64,000 nt of DNA, taken from positions 175 to 64,174 of the forward strand of contig CAZUMN010000003.1 in NCBI GenBank assembly GCA_964621955.1, read 5' to 3'. Positions within the stretch are counted from its first letter, which is position 1, and the number at the start of each line of letters is the position of its first letter. This document shows positions 24,322 to 34,838 of the stretch, piece after piece. The position numbers were made by a program, and so were the translations under genes. This stretch comes from an uncultured Thermococci archaeon (lineage in GTDB: Archaea; Methanobacteriota_B; Thermococci; Methanofastidiosales; Methanofastidiosaceae). The notes beneath the pieces were generated by a model. It worked only from the letters and a program-made list of their open reading frames with translations, made no database searches and was not told the DNA's origin.

Positions 24322-25770
24322 ATGGCCAATCTTGATTTAGAAATTTTTATCCTGATGGTAAAAGAGGAGCTAAGGCTTCACAGATCCTTTGTTGGGGCTA
24401 TCGGATCAATTTTCTTTCCAGCGATAATATTTGTACTTTCATTAATCCTTTTTATTTCATCACCAGTCATTATTAAATCAATGGGATTATACCAGGCAGT
24501 TTTATTCTTGAATATTGGGGCAGTTTCCTACGGGATATTTGTAGGGTTTTTAGGAAAGGTTGGGGAGGAGGTAATGACAAGGCGCTTTGGGCAGATTAAT
24601 CTACTTCTTGAGATACCAAAGCTCTTCCCAATATCCTTTAGGAAGGTAATGGCCCACTTTTTCATTAAAGATGCAGTTTTCTATTTGTTTTATTCAATCA
24701 TTCCATTTGCACTTGGTGCAATTGTTTCTACTCCAATATCTGGATTATCATTTTCTTTTGTGGCCTTAATATTTCTGGCGCTAACTATTTCTTTTATGTT
24801 GGGGATGTCTTTGAGCTTTCTCTTCTCTGCAATTTCTATGTGGTCTTCTAAGCTAATGTTCGCCCTTATTTTGGCGATATTTGGAACTATTTCCCTTAGA
24901 TTCATTTTTGATAATTTTTATTTAGAAAAAATAATTCTTCCCATTGGATACTGGGGTAGTGGGAGTATTAAGTATTTTATTATTCCTATACTCCTAGTTG
25001 CTTTATTTTCTGTTTCAGCCATAATGCTAATGAAAGAAAAATTTGAAGAAAATTCAAACAAGTATCACGAGGAAATAATATCTTCTGAGGATAAGTTTTC
25101 CTTTGCAGGGGACATGAAGACATTACTTGCTAAAGAGTGGTTAGAGCTTAAGAGAAGTGGAGGGCTAGGTCCAGTCATAATGGGATTTATAGGGCCTTTG
25201 TTAGGGATTTATCTCATAGTCTCTTTATTCGAGATAAGTTTGGGAATTGAAATAGACTACAATGCAATTTTTTATGGAGGGCTTATTGGATTCTTTGGTG
25301 TCATGACCTATTCATGGCTCAATAATTTTGAGACTAACGAGTTTCTAAATTACCAGCCTGTTGCAGTAGACATGGTAATAAAGGCGAAGCTCATACTGTA
25401 TTTTTTGTTAACATGTTTCCTTTCTTTGGCATATGTAGTTGGAATTTCAATTATGAGGGGTGAACTTGATCTAATGCCTTTAGCATTATTAGTTGCACTT
25501 GTCAATAATATCTATGTTGCCGGAGTGACTGCAAGATTTACTGGCTTAAAGACAAACACAATGCTCTTTGATGCCAAGGTTCTTAGTAAATTCTTTGTCC
25601 TTGTAACACCTCCACTCATAATTATAGTAATCACTTCATTTTCTATAAGGTTTGATTATTTGATTTCTTTGGCCACTCTATTGTTGACTCTCATTGGATT
25701 GTTTGTTTTGTCTAGATTTATTTTTGGGTCAATACCTAATAGGTGGCGAAATGAAAGATTCGGGATTTAA
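24322..25770 (+). CDS. ABC-2-type permease-like polytopic membrane protein
   Basis: 482 aa with more than 10 TM, in an operon with the ATPase. Confidence 0.55.
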   Translation: MANLDLEIFILMVKEELRLHRSFVGAIGSIFFPAIIFVLSLILFISSPVIIKSMGLYQAVLFLNIGAVSYGIFVGFLGKVGEEVMTRRFGQINLLLEIPKLFPISFRKVMAHFFIKDAVFYLFYSIIPFALGAIVSTPISGLSFSFVALIFLALTISFMLGMSLSFLFSAISMWSSKLMFALILAIFGTISLRFIFDNFYLEKIILPIGYWGSGSIKYFIIPILLVALFSVSAIMLMKEKFEENSNKYHEEIISSEDKFSFAGDMKTLLAKEWLELKRSGGLGPVIMGFIGPLLGIYLIVSLFEISLGIEIDYNAIFYGGLIGFFGVMTYSWLNNFETNEFLNYQPVAVDMVIKAKLILYFLLTCFLSLAYVVGISIMRGELDLMPLALLVALVNNIYVAGVTARFTGLKTNTMLFDAKVLSKFFVLVTPPLIIIVITSFSIRFDYLISLATLLLTLIGLFVLSRFIFGSIPNRWRNERFGI

Positions 25771-25887
25771 ATACTTAGACAAGACCATAAATCAAGATAT
25801 AATCTATCTTCTTGTATCTCTTTCCATAAGATATAAATATAATTAATGTATATGTAAATAGAATTAATATATATTAGAGAGATAAAA

Positions 25888-28164
25888 ATGTCAAACTTTA
25901 CTATTCCAGTTAAACCTGAAATTCCTAAAGGGACAACGGAAAAATGGCAGAGAATAGTAAATATTATGGCAAAGATAGTCGGAGTCCCAGCTGGGCTGAT
26001 AATGAAGGTTGATCCACCACAAATTGAAGTTTTTATATCTAGTCAAACTGAAAAAAATCCTTACTATAAAGGCGAGAGGGCTAATCTAAATAGTGGGCTT
26101 TACTGCGAAACTGTTATGCAAAAACGTGAGCCTCTGTTGGTTCCTGATGCCACTAAAGACTCTAATTGGGATCACAATCCGGACATAGAGCTTGGAATGA
26201 TTTACTATCTTGGATTTCCTCTTGAGTGGCCTAGCGGTGAAATTTTTGGAACTATTTGTGTTCTTGATAACAAAGATAATCCAAAAGCTACCGCTTACAA
26301 GGGTTTAATCATGGAGTTTAAAACAGTTATAGAAACAGACCTTGATAATATCTTGAAAAAATATGAACTTGAACATGAAAAAGAAAGATTAAAAGAAAGC
26401 GAAAAAAAATATTCATTGTTATTTAATAGAATGTTTAGTGGATTTGCCTTACATGAAATTATTATGGATAAAGATGGGATTCCTTGTGATTACAGATTTC
26501 TTGATATAAATCAACAGTTTGAATCAATAACTGGACTAAAAAGAAAAGATGTTATTGGAAAGACAGTATTGGAAATCCTCCCAAAAACAGAAAAATACTG
26601 GATTGATACTTATGGCAAAGTTGCTTTGGAAGGTAAACCTCTTAGATTTAATATGTATTCTAATCAATTAGATAAATACTTTGATGTCTCTGCATTTAGT
26701 CCTGAAAAAGGGAAGTTTGCCACTTTGTTTTTGGACGTAACTGAACAAAAAAAGCTTGAAGAAAAGTTGCAAGAATCTACAAAAATAATAAACTCAAGTA
26801 GTTTAATGCTATTTACTTGGAAAAATGAGAAAAACTGGCCCATAGAATATGTTTCTGAGAATGTTACAAGAATTATTGGGTACTCTCACGAGGATTTTAT
26901 TAATGGTAAGGTATCTTATGCAAGTTGCATTCACCCAGATGACTTACCAAGAGTTTTTCAAGAAGTAAAAAAATTTAGTGATGAAAAGGATAGATCTGAT
27001 TTTATTCATGAGCCCTATAGAATAATAACAAAGGAAGGCAATGTTCTAGTAGTTAGTGATTGGACTTTTATTATTAAGAATTCTGAAGGTATTATAACTC
27101 ATTATAAGGGAATTATACAAGATATAACTGAAAAGAAAAAAACAGAAGATGCACTTAAACAAAGTGAAAAGAAATACCGAGAATTGGTTGAAAACGCAAA
27201 TAGTATAATACTAAAATACGACAAAGAAGGAACTATACTCTCAATGAATGAGTACGGATTAAAGTTCTTTGGCTACAAAGAAGAAGATCTTATTGGAAAG
27301 AAATTCATTGGCTTAATAACTCCTGCGATTGAATCAACAGGAAGACATCTTGATGATTTGCTTTTAGAAGTATTCTCCTATGTAGAAAAATATCCTCAGA
27401 ATATTAATGAAAATATAAAGAAAAATGGGGAACGTGTCTGGGTGCTATGGACCAATAGACCAATAAAAGATGAAAATGATAATTTAATCGGATTGTTTTC
27501 AGTTGGCACTGACGTTACAGATAGGAAAAAAGCAGAAGATAATGTCCAAAGACTAAATGAAACTTTGAGTGTCCTGAACAAGATTCTGAGGCACGATATT
27601 CTAAACGATCTGACTGTTGTAATGTCAGCATGTGATATGATCCAAGTAGACGATCAAAGATTGAAACAAAAAGCATCTAAAGCAATTATGAAGAGCGTTT
27701 CTCTAATTGAACAGATGAGGTCACTTGAAAACGCTCTTGTTTCTGAAGAAGTTCTAGCTGGAAAATCACTAGGAAGCATCGTTGAAAGTGTAGTGAATAA
27801 CTATCCCCATATCAAATTCAGTATCAAAGGAGACTGTACTGTTTTATGTGACGGGGCTATCTATTCCGCCATAGACAACATTGTCAGAAATGCCGTTGTC
27901 CATGGAAAAACTGAGAGGATTGACATATCGATTCATGAAAAAGATGCCCACTGTGAACTAAGGATTGCCGATTACGGAAAAGGTATTCCTTTAGATATAA
28001 AAGACAAAATATTCGAAGAAGGAGAAAGCTTCGGTGATACCAGAGGCTCGGGCCTTGGCCTTTACATAGTCAAAAAAGTCATGGAAAGATACGGCGGAGA
28101 AATTAGCGTTGAGGACAATAAGCCGAGCGGTGCAGTGTTTGTCTTGAAACTAAAGAAAGCATAA
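25888..28164 (+). CDS. Sensor histidine kinase: N-terminal Cys-containing GAF-like domain, multiple PAS domains, H-box LRHDILNDL and HATPase_c
   Basis: PAS hallmarks with DVTDRKKAE linkers. C-terminal GSGLGLYIVKKVMERYGGEI ATP lid. Confidence 0.85.
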   Translation: MSNFTIPVKPEIPKGTTEKWQRIVNIMAKIVGVPAGLIMKVDPPQIEVFISSQTEKNPYYKGERANLNSGLYCETVMQKREPLLVPDATKDSNWDHNPDIELGMIYYLGFPLEWPSGEIFGTICVLDNKDNPKATAYKGLIMEFKTVIETDLDNILKKYELEHEKERLKESEKKYSLLFNRMFSGFALHEIIMDKDGIPCDYRFLDINQQFESITGLKRKDVIGKTVLEILPKTEKYWIDTYGKVALEGKPLRFNMYSNQLDKYFDVSAFSPEKGKFATLFLDVTEQKKLEEKLQESTKIINSSSLMLFTWKNEKNWPIEYVSENVTRIIGYSHEDFINGKVSYASCIHPDDLPRVFQEVKKFSDEKDRSDFIHEPYRIITKEGNVLVVSDWTFIIKNSEGIITHYKGIIQDITEKKKTEDALKQSEKKYRELVENANSIILKYDKEGTILSMNEYGLKFFGYKEEDLIGKKFIGLITPAIESTGRHLDDLLLEVFSYVEKYPQNINENIKKNGERVWVLWTNRPIKDENDNLIGLFSVGTDVTDRKKAEDNVQRLNETLSVLNKILRHDILNDLTVVMSACDMIQVDDQRLKQKASKAIMKSVSLIEQMRSLENALVSEEVLAGKSLGSIVESVVNNYPHIKFSIKGDCTVLCDGAIYSAIDNIVRNAVVHGKTERIDISIHEKDAHCELRIADYGKGIPLDIKDKIFEEGESFGDTRGSGLGLYIVKKVMERYGGEISVEDNKPSGAVFVLKLKKA

Positions 28165-28220
28165 CATTATAATTATTGATTAGTTAATTATATTATCCGC
28201 AATAATTAAGAGGGTCAAAA

Positions 28221-30863
28221 ATGGAGAAACGGGATAAGGATGAAATAGATTCACAAATACTTGATATATTTTTTGAGAAATCTCCATTTCCGCTCCAGTC
28301 ATTAAATGAATCTGGCCATATTATCAACGTTAGTAGTGCTTGGTTAGATATCTTAGGATACTCAAAAGAATATGTCATTGGAAAATCATTTGGCGATTTT
28401 CTCTCTGATAATTATAAAGATCATTTTAAAGAATGTTTTCCTAAGTTTAAAGAAATGGGCCAAATAAGTGATGTTGAATTTGAAATCAAAAAGAAGAATG
28501 GGGGCATTATTTTTGTATCTTTTAATGGTAAAATTATCCACGATAGTAAAGGCAAGTTCAAGCAAACTCTCTGTTTTATGCAGGATATAAGTAATCATAA
28601 GGCGATAGAAAAGGAATTAAGTGAAAGTGAAAATAAATACAGGGAAATAATTGAACAGTCACCTGATAGCATAATTACTGTTGATTTGAAAGGATTTGTT
28701 ACTTCATGTAATTCTGCATATGAAAAATTTACTGGTTATTCTAAAGAAGAAACAATTGGTAAACATTTCACTAAGTTACCATTTTTGAAGATTAGTAATA
28801 TGCCTTCTTATATAAAAATATTTAGCGATCTTTTAAGAAATAAATCTGCCACAAGTTTTGAATCTTCATGGACAAAAAAAGATGGGAATATATATTTTGG
28901 CGAAATTCTAGTTGATGTAATAAAGAGAGAAAATAAAATTGTTGGGTTCCAGGCTATAACAAGGGACATCTCAGAAAGAAAAATAGCAGAAGAAAAATTA
29001 AACGGTATACATAAACTTTCTAAAGAATTGGCATTAACAAATGATATCGATACAATCGCTGAAAAAACAGTAGAAGTAATGAAAAATGCTCTTAACTTTG
29101 ATACTGCATTCTTCATTTTAAGAGAAGGTAATGAGTTGAAAGCAATTGTCTCACTAGGATTACTCGAACATGACAAAATCGTATTTGACATTAATTCAAA
29201 AAAAGGAATAGTTCCATTCGTTGCTAGAGAAGGAAGAACTTATCTTACCAATAATACCAAAAAAGATAAGCTATTTATAAATTTCTTTGGCCAAAATATT
29301 CCAAATTCTGAGCTTTGTGTTCCCATTAAAATAGGCGATGAAGTCTTAGGTATATTAAACACTGAAAGTCAAAATCGTGACGAATATACTAAAGAGGATG
29401 TAGAAATGCTTGAGACATTGGCCTCTGAAGTTGCAGTTGCCGTTGCATATTCTAAATCCTTGAATAGAATTCAAGATGAACTAAATTGGAGAAAACAAAT
29501 AGAAATAGCATTGAGAAAAAGCGAGGAAAAATATAAGGAACTTGTTGAAAATGCAAATAGTATTATCGCAAAATTCGATAAAGAGAGTAGAATTATTTCA
29601 ATGAACGAATATGGTCTGGAGTTTTTTGGGTATAAGGAAGAGGAAATAATTGGAAAAACATGGACTGAAACAATTCTGCCCCAAATAGATTCTGACGGTA
29701 GAGATCTTCAAAACTTAGCGTTAGATATTTTTTCAAGCCCATTAAAACATGGTGTAAGCATAAATGAAAATATTAAGAAAAATGGTGAAAAGGTATGGAT
29801 TCACTGGACAAATAAACCAATAGAAGATGAAAATGGAAATCTAACTGCAATATTATCTGTTGGGTCAGATTATACCAAGACAAAAAAAGCTGAAGAAGAC
29901 TTAAAAGATAGCGAGGAGAAGTTCAGGATATTCTTTGAAAAGGCCAATGACGCAATTCTTATTTTCAATAGCAAAGATGAAATCATAGATTCAAATGAAA
30001 CAGCAACTAGGATCTTTGGTTACACAAAAGAAGAATTTTTATCATTGAAACTGCCGGATATTCAAGCGCCTGAAGTCAGAGGAATTCCTGGAACTGTAAT
30101 AAAATCCGAATTTGAACTTCATAAAGATAGAATATTTGAATCAATTGATATTGATAAATATGGAAATAAAATCCCAGTTGAAGTAAGTACTTCAAAAATT
30201 CGCCTTAAAGGAGAAGACCTTGCAGTTGGGGTTATAAGGGATATTAGAGAACGGAAAGTATTTGAAGAGAAAATAAAAGAAAGTGAAAACACTTTAAGTG
30301 GAATAATCACAGCTGCCCCAATTGGGATTAATCTATTCAAGGACAGAATATGGATTTGGTCAAACAAGGGTATGGAAAAAATTACCGGCTACAAAATAAA
30401 TGAACTTTTGAACAAATCTCCAAGATTTCTTTATGAATCTGAGGAAGAATACGAGAGAGCTGGAAGAATTCTTTACAAAACCCCACGAGAAAAGGACATT
30501 GTTGAACTTGAAACAAATTTTGTGACTAAATCCGGGGAAATAAAATCAGTTTATATTATAAATAGTCCCTTAGATAATAATGACTTTTCCAAAGGATTCA
30601 TAACTTTAGTCTTAGATATGACTGATAGAAGAAAAGCTGAAAAGCAACTAGAAGAAAATCTGGAATATTTTGCCCATCTTGTCGACCAAATAAGGAATCC
30701 CTTGGCAATACTAAGTGGCTTTACGCAAGTCGAGATACAAAATGAAAAAACTAGGGCTAGAATTCTGAGGCAAGTAGAAAGAATTGAAGAATTGATTAAA
30801 AAGCTTGACCAAGGTTGGATGGACACTGAAGAAACTAGAAAATTCTTGGAGAAATACAGATGA
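28221..30863 (+). CDS. Multi-PAS/GAF signalling protein without an ATPase domain; degenerate DHp-like C-terminus (DQIRNPLAIL, Gln in place of the phospho-acceptor His)
   Basis: Four or five PAS repeats plus a GAF. It shares near-identical PAS modules with both flanking kinases. The ORF ends about 40 aa after the H-box-like helix. Confidence 0.8.
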   Translation: MEKRDKDEIDSQILDIFFEKSPFPLQSLNESGHIINVSSAWLDILGYSKEYVIGKSFGDFLSDNYKDHFKECFPKFKEMGQISDVEFEIKKKNGGIIFVSFNGKIIHDSKGKFKQTLCFMQDISNHKAIEKELSESENKYREIIEQSPDSIITVDLKGFVTSCNSAYEKFTGYSKEETIGKHFTKLPFLKISNMPSYIKIFSDLLRNKSATSFESSWTKKDGNIYFGEILVDVIKRENKIVGFQAITRDISERKIAEEKLNGIHKLSKELALTNDIDTIAEKTVEVMKNALNFDTAFFILREGNELKAIVSLGLLEHDKIVFDINSKKGIVPFVAREGRTYLTNNTKKDKLFINFFGQNIPNSELCVPIKIGDEVLGILNTESQNRDEYTKEDVEMLETLASEVAVAVAYSKSLNRIQDELNWRKQIEIALRKSEEKYKELVENANSIIAKFDKESRIISMNEYGLEFFGYKEEEIIGKTWTETILPQIDSDGRDLQNLALDIFSSPLKHGVSINENIKKNGEKVWIHWTNKPIEDENGNLTAILSVGSDYTKTKKAEEDLKDSEEKFRIFFEKANDAILIFNSKDEIIDSNETATRIFGYTKEEFLSLKLPDIQAPEVRGIPGTVIKSEFELHKDRIFESIDIDKYGNKIPVEVSTSKIRLKGEDLAVGVIRDIRERKVFEEKIKESENTLSGIITAAPIGINLFKDRIWIWSNKGMEKITGYKINELLNKSPRFLYESEEEYERAGRILYKTPREKDIVELETNFVTKSGEIKSVYIINSPLDNNDFSKGFITLVLDMTDRRKAEKQLEENLEYFAHLVDQIRNPLAILSGFTQVEIQNEKTRARILRQVERIEELIKKLDQGWMDTEETRKFLEKYR

Positions 30864-30999
30864 TACTTTAAGTACAAGAAATTGATTTTTGCAAAATAAG
30901 ACTGTTATTATCAAATTAGCCGATATCCAAGGATATTTTTTTCAATAAGTAGATTGTTAAGAATAAAATTTATAATCTCAATGAATACTATATTTTCAA

Positions 31000-31605
31000 G
31001 TGATTAGAATGGCAGAAGATGATTCAGAAAAAAATAAAGAAAAGGGTCACTCACCAGCTAGGATTGTTATACATGATTTGATATCCTTTATAGTGTTTCT
31101 TATAATACTCGGATTTCTCAATATTTCTCTTGACTTTTTTGACAGTAACATACTCGCTGAAGTTGTAAGGCTACTCAATAATAACATTTGGCTTATCTTT
31201 ATTTTCTCTGTAATTTTTACCATAGGCGAAGTTTTTGGGAGCTTTAGATTTCCTGGAAACTTGCCTGCGCCAATATTTAATGCGATAGGAAGTATTTTCT
31301 TACTTAACTTCCTCTTCAAAATATTTCGTCTAGTCGGGAATCTTTCAGAGATAAATACTTTTGATAATCTCACAAAAACATTTCCATTTCTTTATCCCAT
31401 AATATTCTTGCTCGTTCTTTTGGGGGGCTATATATCAATACTTTCTGGCTCTTCTTGGGAAAAACCAAAGAAGAAGAAAACATCTGCTGCTAAGAACACA
31501 TCAAAAGAAGAGATAAGTTGGGATGATGTGGGAAACGAGTTTAAGGAAATGTTGTATGAAGCTTTTCACTCGGCTAGAGAATCAATTAAACAAAATAAAA
31601 AATAA
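31000..31605 (+). CDS. Hypothetical membrane protein (4 TM) with a charged C-terminal tail
   Basis: Hydrophobicity pattern only. Confidence 0.45.
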   Translation: MIRMAEDDSEKNKEKGHSPARIVIHDLISFIVFLIILGFLNISLDFFDSNILAEVVRLLNNNIWLIFIFSVIFTIGEVFGSFRFPGNLPAPIFNAIGSIFLLNFLFKIFRLVGNLSEINTFDNLTKTFPFLYPIIFLLVLLGGYISILSGSSWEKPKKKKTSAAKNTSKEEISWDDVGNEFKEMLYEAFHSARESIKQNKK

Positions 31606-31608
31606 TTT

Positions 31609-31938
31609 TTATTTTATTCCAAAGCAAAGCCACTCTGGATTGATTTTACTTTGTAGGTACTCTCTTCTATCTTTCATATCAATATCTACACCAATCCAGA
31701 TACCTTCAAGATTTTTTAAAGGGCAAGAAAAACAGAAACCAGTTTTTGGGTATTCTATACCTGCTCTATAGTCGCATCTAAAATAAGAATACGAAGCAGA
31801 GACATTAATTTCTGAGAGGAGGGAACAGTTGATTTCTTTGTAAGGATTTTTTATGTATCCGGAAGGTAGTATTTGCTGTACCTTACTCCTAAGGTAATAA
31901 TCAAGTCTTGATTGAAAATATCTATTTCTTCTATTCAT
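31609..31938 (-). CDS. Hypothetical 109-aa protein with a CxxxxxxxxxxxCxxC-like cysteine cluster
   Basis: ORF only (FRCDYRAGIEYPKTGFCFSCP). Confidence 0.35.
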   Translation of the reverse strand: MNRRNRYFQSRLDYYLRSKVQQILPSGYIKNPYKEINCSLLSEINVSASYSYFRCDYRAGIEYPKTGFCFSCPLKNLEGIWIGVDIDMKDRREYLQSKINPEWLCFGIK

Positions 31939-32076
31939 AAAATAAAGTATTGCATTGAATATAATGCCTTAGACTTAGTGAATATTATTATTGTATTGAT
32001 CGAAAAATCTCTGGATGGGCCTAATTAAGATTTAATCCCTAATTTGGCCTTATTTTTAGAAAAGAAAATTTTATTA

Positions 32077-34662
32077 TTATATTTTACATTTTTTGAGTTT
32101 TAGGATAAAAGTAGCACCATGCGGTTTGGTATCTTTGACTTCTATTTCACCACCATAGCGTTCAATATTTTTCTTAGCTATAAAAAGTCCTAATCCTGTT
32201 CCTCTAGTTTCACCATAACTGAATTCTTCATCGAATATCTGTCTTTTTATTGAATCAGGGATACCTATGCCATAATCAGTAATCTTAATCTTGCAAATAT
32301 CTTTTTCTGAAGTTATCTTGATATCAATTTTATCTGTTTTACTGTGAGTAATTGCATTATTAATGATATTGTCGATAACGGAGGTCAAGGCTTCATCAGC
32401 CATCACGGTACAGTCTTCAATTAGATCAATTGTGACGTTGGCATAACTCTTCTTAACAAATTCTGCAATTTGCCCTACAACTACTGGTTTTAGATCATAT
32501 TTTGTAATCATTGTAGATTCAAGGGCTCTTAACTTTTCAATTAAATCTACACTTCTTTTGATAGAATTAAAAGCTTTATTTTTTATATCTTGATTGTTTG
32601 TTTCAATCATCTCTAAGGATAGGCTGACAACAGTTAGGTGATTTGCAATATCATGCCGCAGGATTTTGTTTAAAAGTTTTAGATTGTCATTTAATTGCTT
32701 GATTACTTCTTCGTTTTGTTTTCTTTCTGTGATGTCAGTGAACATTGCAAAGGATCCTTTGAAATTACCTTGATCATCAAGTATCGGAGTTGCAGATACG
32801 AGAGCCCATAATTTTTCACCATTCTTTTTTCTTAGAGCTAATTCGTAGTTCTGAGAAAGACCTTCAGTTCTTGCTGCCATTCTATTCACTTGCGGATTAA
32901 TATCATTATCGTAAAGAAAAATACCGGCCGATTTTCCTATCATTTCTTTAGTAGTATACCTAAGCATCTCGGACATTTTTGAATTAGCAAAAGTCGTGAT
33001 ATAATGATCGTCAATAATCCAAATACCTTCATTGGAAGTATCAACTATTCTTCTGTATTTTTCTTCGCTTTTCTTTAATAGTTCTTCTGCTATTTTTCTT
33101 TCTGTGATATCCCTTACTATATTAAGAACTACTTCCTCCCCCCTTATAGTTATAAGTGTCTGGCTAATTTCAATAGGGAATATATTTCCAAATTTGTCAA
33201 TGTCAAGGGTTTCAAAGATTTCGCCCTCGCCATATTTCTCAAGCTCTGATTTTATTACAGTCCCAGGTTTTCCCCTTACTTCTGGTGCTTGGAAGTCCGA
33301 AACTGTCATCTTTAGAAGCTCTTCTTTTGAGTAGCCAAATACTTTAGAGGCTTTTTTGTTTGCATCTATTAATTGATCTTTTTTATTGAATATTAAAATA
33401 GGATCATTAGCATTATCAAATATACTCATAAACTTTTGTTGACTTTCTTTTATCTCATTCTGAGATTTTTTTAAATCAGTTATATCATCAAAAGTTATTA
33501 GAACTTCTTTGAAAGTATTAGTTTTTTCATCAATAATAGGCTGTGTGTTTATTTTTAGCCAGCGCATCTTTTTAGGATCATTACCATAAATTCCTCTGAT
33601 TTGGTCTTTTAGAGGTTTACCCGTTTGGATTGTAATCATGGAAGGATGATCTTCCCCTTTAACGGGAGTTCCATCTTCTAAGATCATATTCCATATTGGA
33701 TCAATTGAAGTCTTTTCCAATATATCTTCTTTTGGCAAAGCAAATATTTCCGATGCAATCTTATTAGCATGCAATATTTTGCCATTTATCGATTGAAGGA
33801 TAACGCCTACCTGCACAGATTCAAATAACAAACGATAACGTTTTTCGCTATCCCTTAATAGGTCTTCTGCTATTTTTCTTTCTGAGATATCATCATACAA
33901 GGCCACTATTTCGCCGGAAGGCAGTTTATAGACATAGTTCTCAACCCATTCAGATATTCTAGAATCTTTGTAGAACCTTGTTGGCAGATATTCAGGTTTG
34001 CCGGTAGCATAAACTCTTTTGAAGACGTCAAATAATCCGATTTCTTTCACGCTTGGAAATACTTCTGAAACGTTTTTGCCTTTGATTTCCTCTAGTTTGA
34101 CTTTGCTTTTTTTTTCTCCCGCCGTGTTAATGCCTCGGATAACAAAATCGTTTCCTTGGTCATTAGCCTGATAAATAGCCACACAGGTGCTCATGTTATT
34201 GTAAAGTTCTCTGTATCGGAGTTCACTTTGTTTTAACGCGTTTTCAATTTTTTTATTTTCAGTTATATCTATTATTGCAAACACTATTCCCTTTTCAGGG
34301 TCTTTTTTATCCATCATAGAATAAGATGCAATTAGGTCTTTTACCTTACCTGATTTTGTTATTGCTCTAGTCTCGAGAGTACCATGACCATATTTTTTTA
34401 ATTGAATTTGAATTTCTTTACCGACAAATTCATAATTCTCATCTGTTGGATAAATAATCCTTGTGCTTTTTCCTATTAACTCTTCTCTTGAATATTCTAG
34501 TATATCACAATAGAAATCATTAACAAAGAAGAATGTTCTATTAATAGCAATCGCAATACCTATTGGCACAGTATTTGGCGCACTTTCAATTATCCCTTTA
34601 ATAGATATATCATATCCGGATTCGTTTGATTTAATTTCTGGGGTCTTTTTCAAGAGTTGCAC
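32077..34662 (-). CDS. Multi-PAS sensor histidine kinase (third paralog)
   Basis: H-box LRHDIANHL. ATP lid GTGLGLFIAKKNIERYGGEI. A PAS module is shared with the 28221..30863 protein. Confidence 0.85.
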   Translation of the reverse strand: MQLLKKTPEIKSNESGYDISIKGIIESAPNTVPIGIAIAINRTFFFVNDFYCDILEYSREELIGKSTRIIYPTDENYEFVGKEIQIQLKKYGHGTLETRAITKSGKVKDLIASYSMMDKKDPEKGIVFAIIDITENKKIENALKQSELRYRELYNNMSTCVAIYQANDQGNDFVIRGINTAGEKKSKVKLEEIKGKNVSEVFPSVKEIGLFDVFKRVYATGKPEYLPTRFYKDSRISEWVENYVYKLPSGEIVALYDDISERKIAEDLLRDSEKRYRLLFESVQVGVILQSINGKILHANKIASEIFALPKEDILEKTSIDPIWNMILEDGTPVKGEDHPSMITIQTGKPLKDQIRGIYGNDPKKMRWLKINTQPIIDEKTNTFKEVLITFDDITDLKKSQNEIKESQQKFMSIFDNANDPILIFNKKDQLIDANKKASKVFGYSKEELLKMTVSDFQAPEVRGKPGTVIKSELEKYGEGEIFETLDIDKFGNIFPIEISQTLITIRGEEVVLNIVRDITERKIAEELLKKSEEKYRRIVDTSNEGIWIIDDHYITTFANSKMSEMLRYTTKEMIGKSAGIFLYDNDINPQVNRMAARTEGLSQNYELALRKKNGEKLWALVSATPILDDQGNFKGSFAMFTDITERKQNEEVIKQLNDNLKLLNKILRHDIANHLTVVSLSLEMIETNNQDIKNKAFNSIKRSVDLIEKLRALESTMITKYDLKPVVVGQIAEFVKKSYANVTIDLIEDCTVMADEALTSVIDNIINNAITHSKTDKIDIKITSEKDICKIKITDYGIGIPDSIKRQIFDEEFSYGETRGTGLGLFIAKKNIERYGGEIEVKDTKPHGATFILKLKKCKI

Positions 34663-34838
34663 CTATGTACCTAAATTACTTTTTTATCCAATTGCTAAAT
34701 GTGCGTCTAAATATATATTTATTACTGTTATCCATTTGATTTTATCAAAAAAATAGATAAAAGATTATATTCTAAAAAGGATAAAAATAAAAGCTTATAT
34801 ACTAGTGCCAACAATACTAATAATATAGCTAATGAAGG

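Noticed and set aside
31523-31771. 82-aa plus-strand ORF overlapping the end of 31000..31605 and the antisense of 31609..31938
   Set aside because: Overlaps two longer ORFs and has no motif or start context. Likely spurious.
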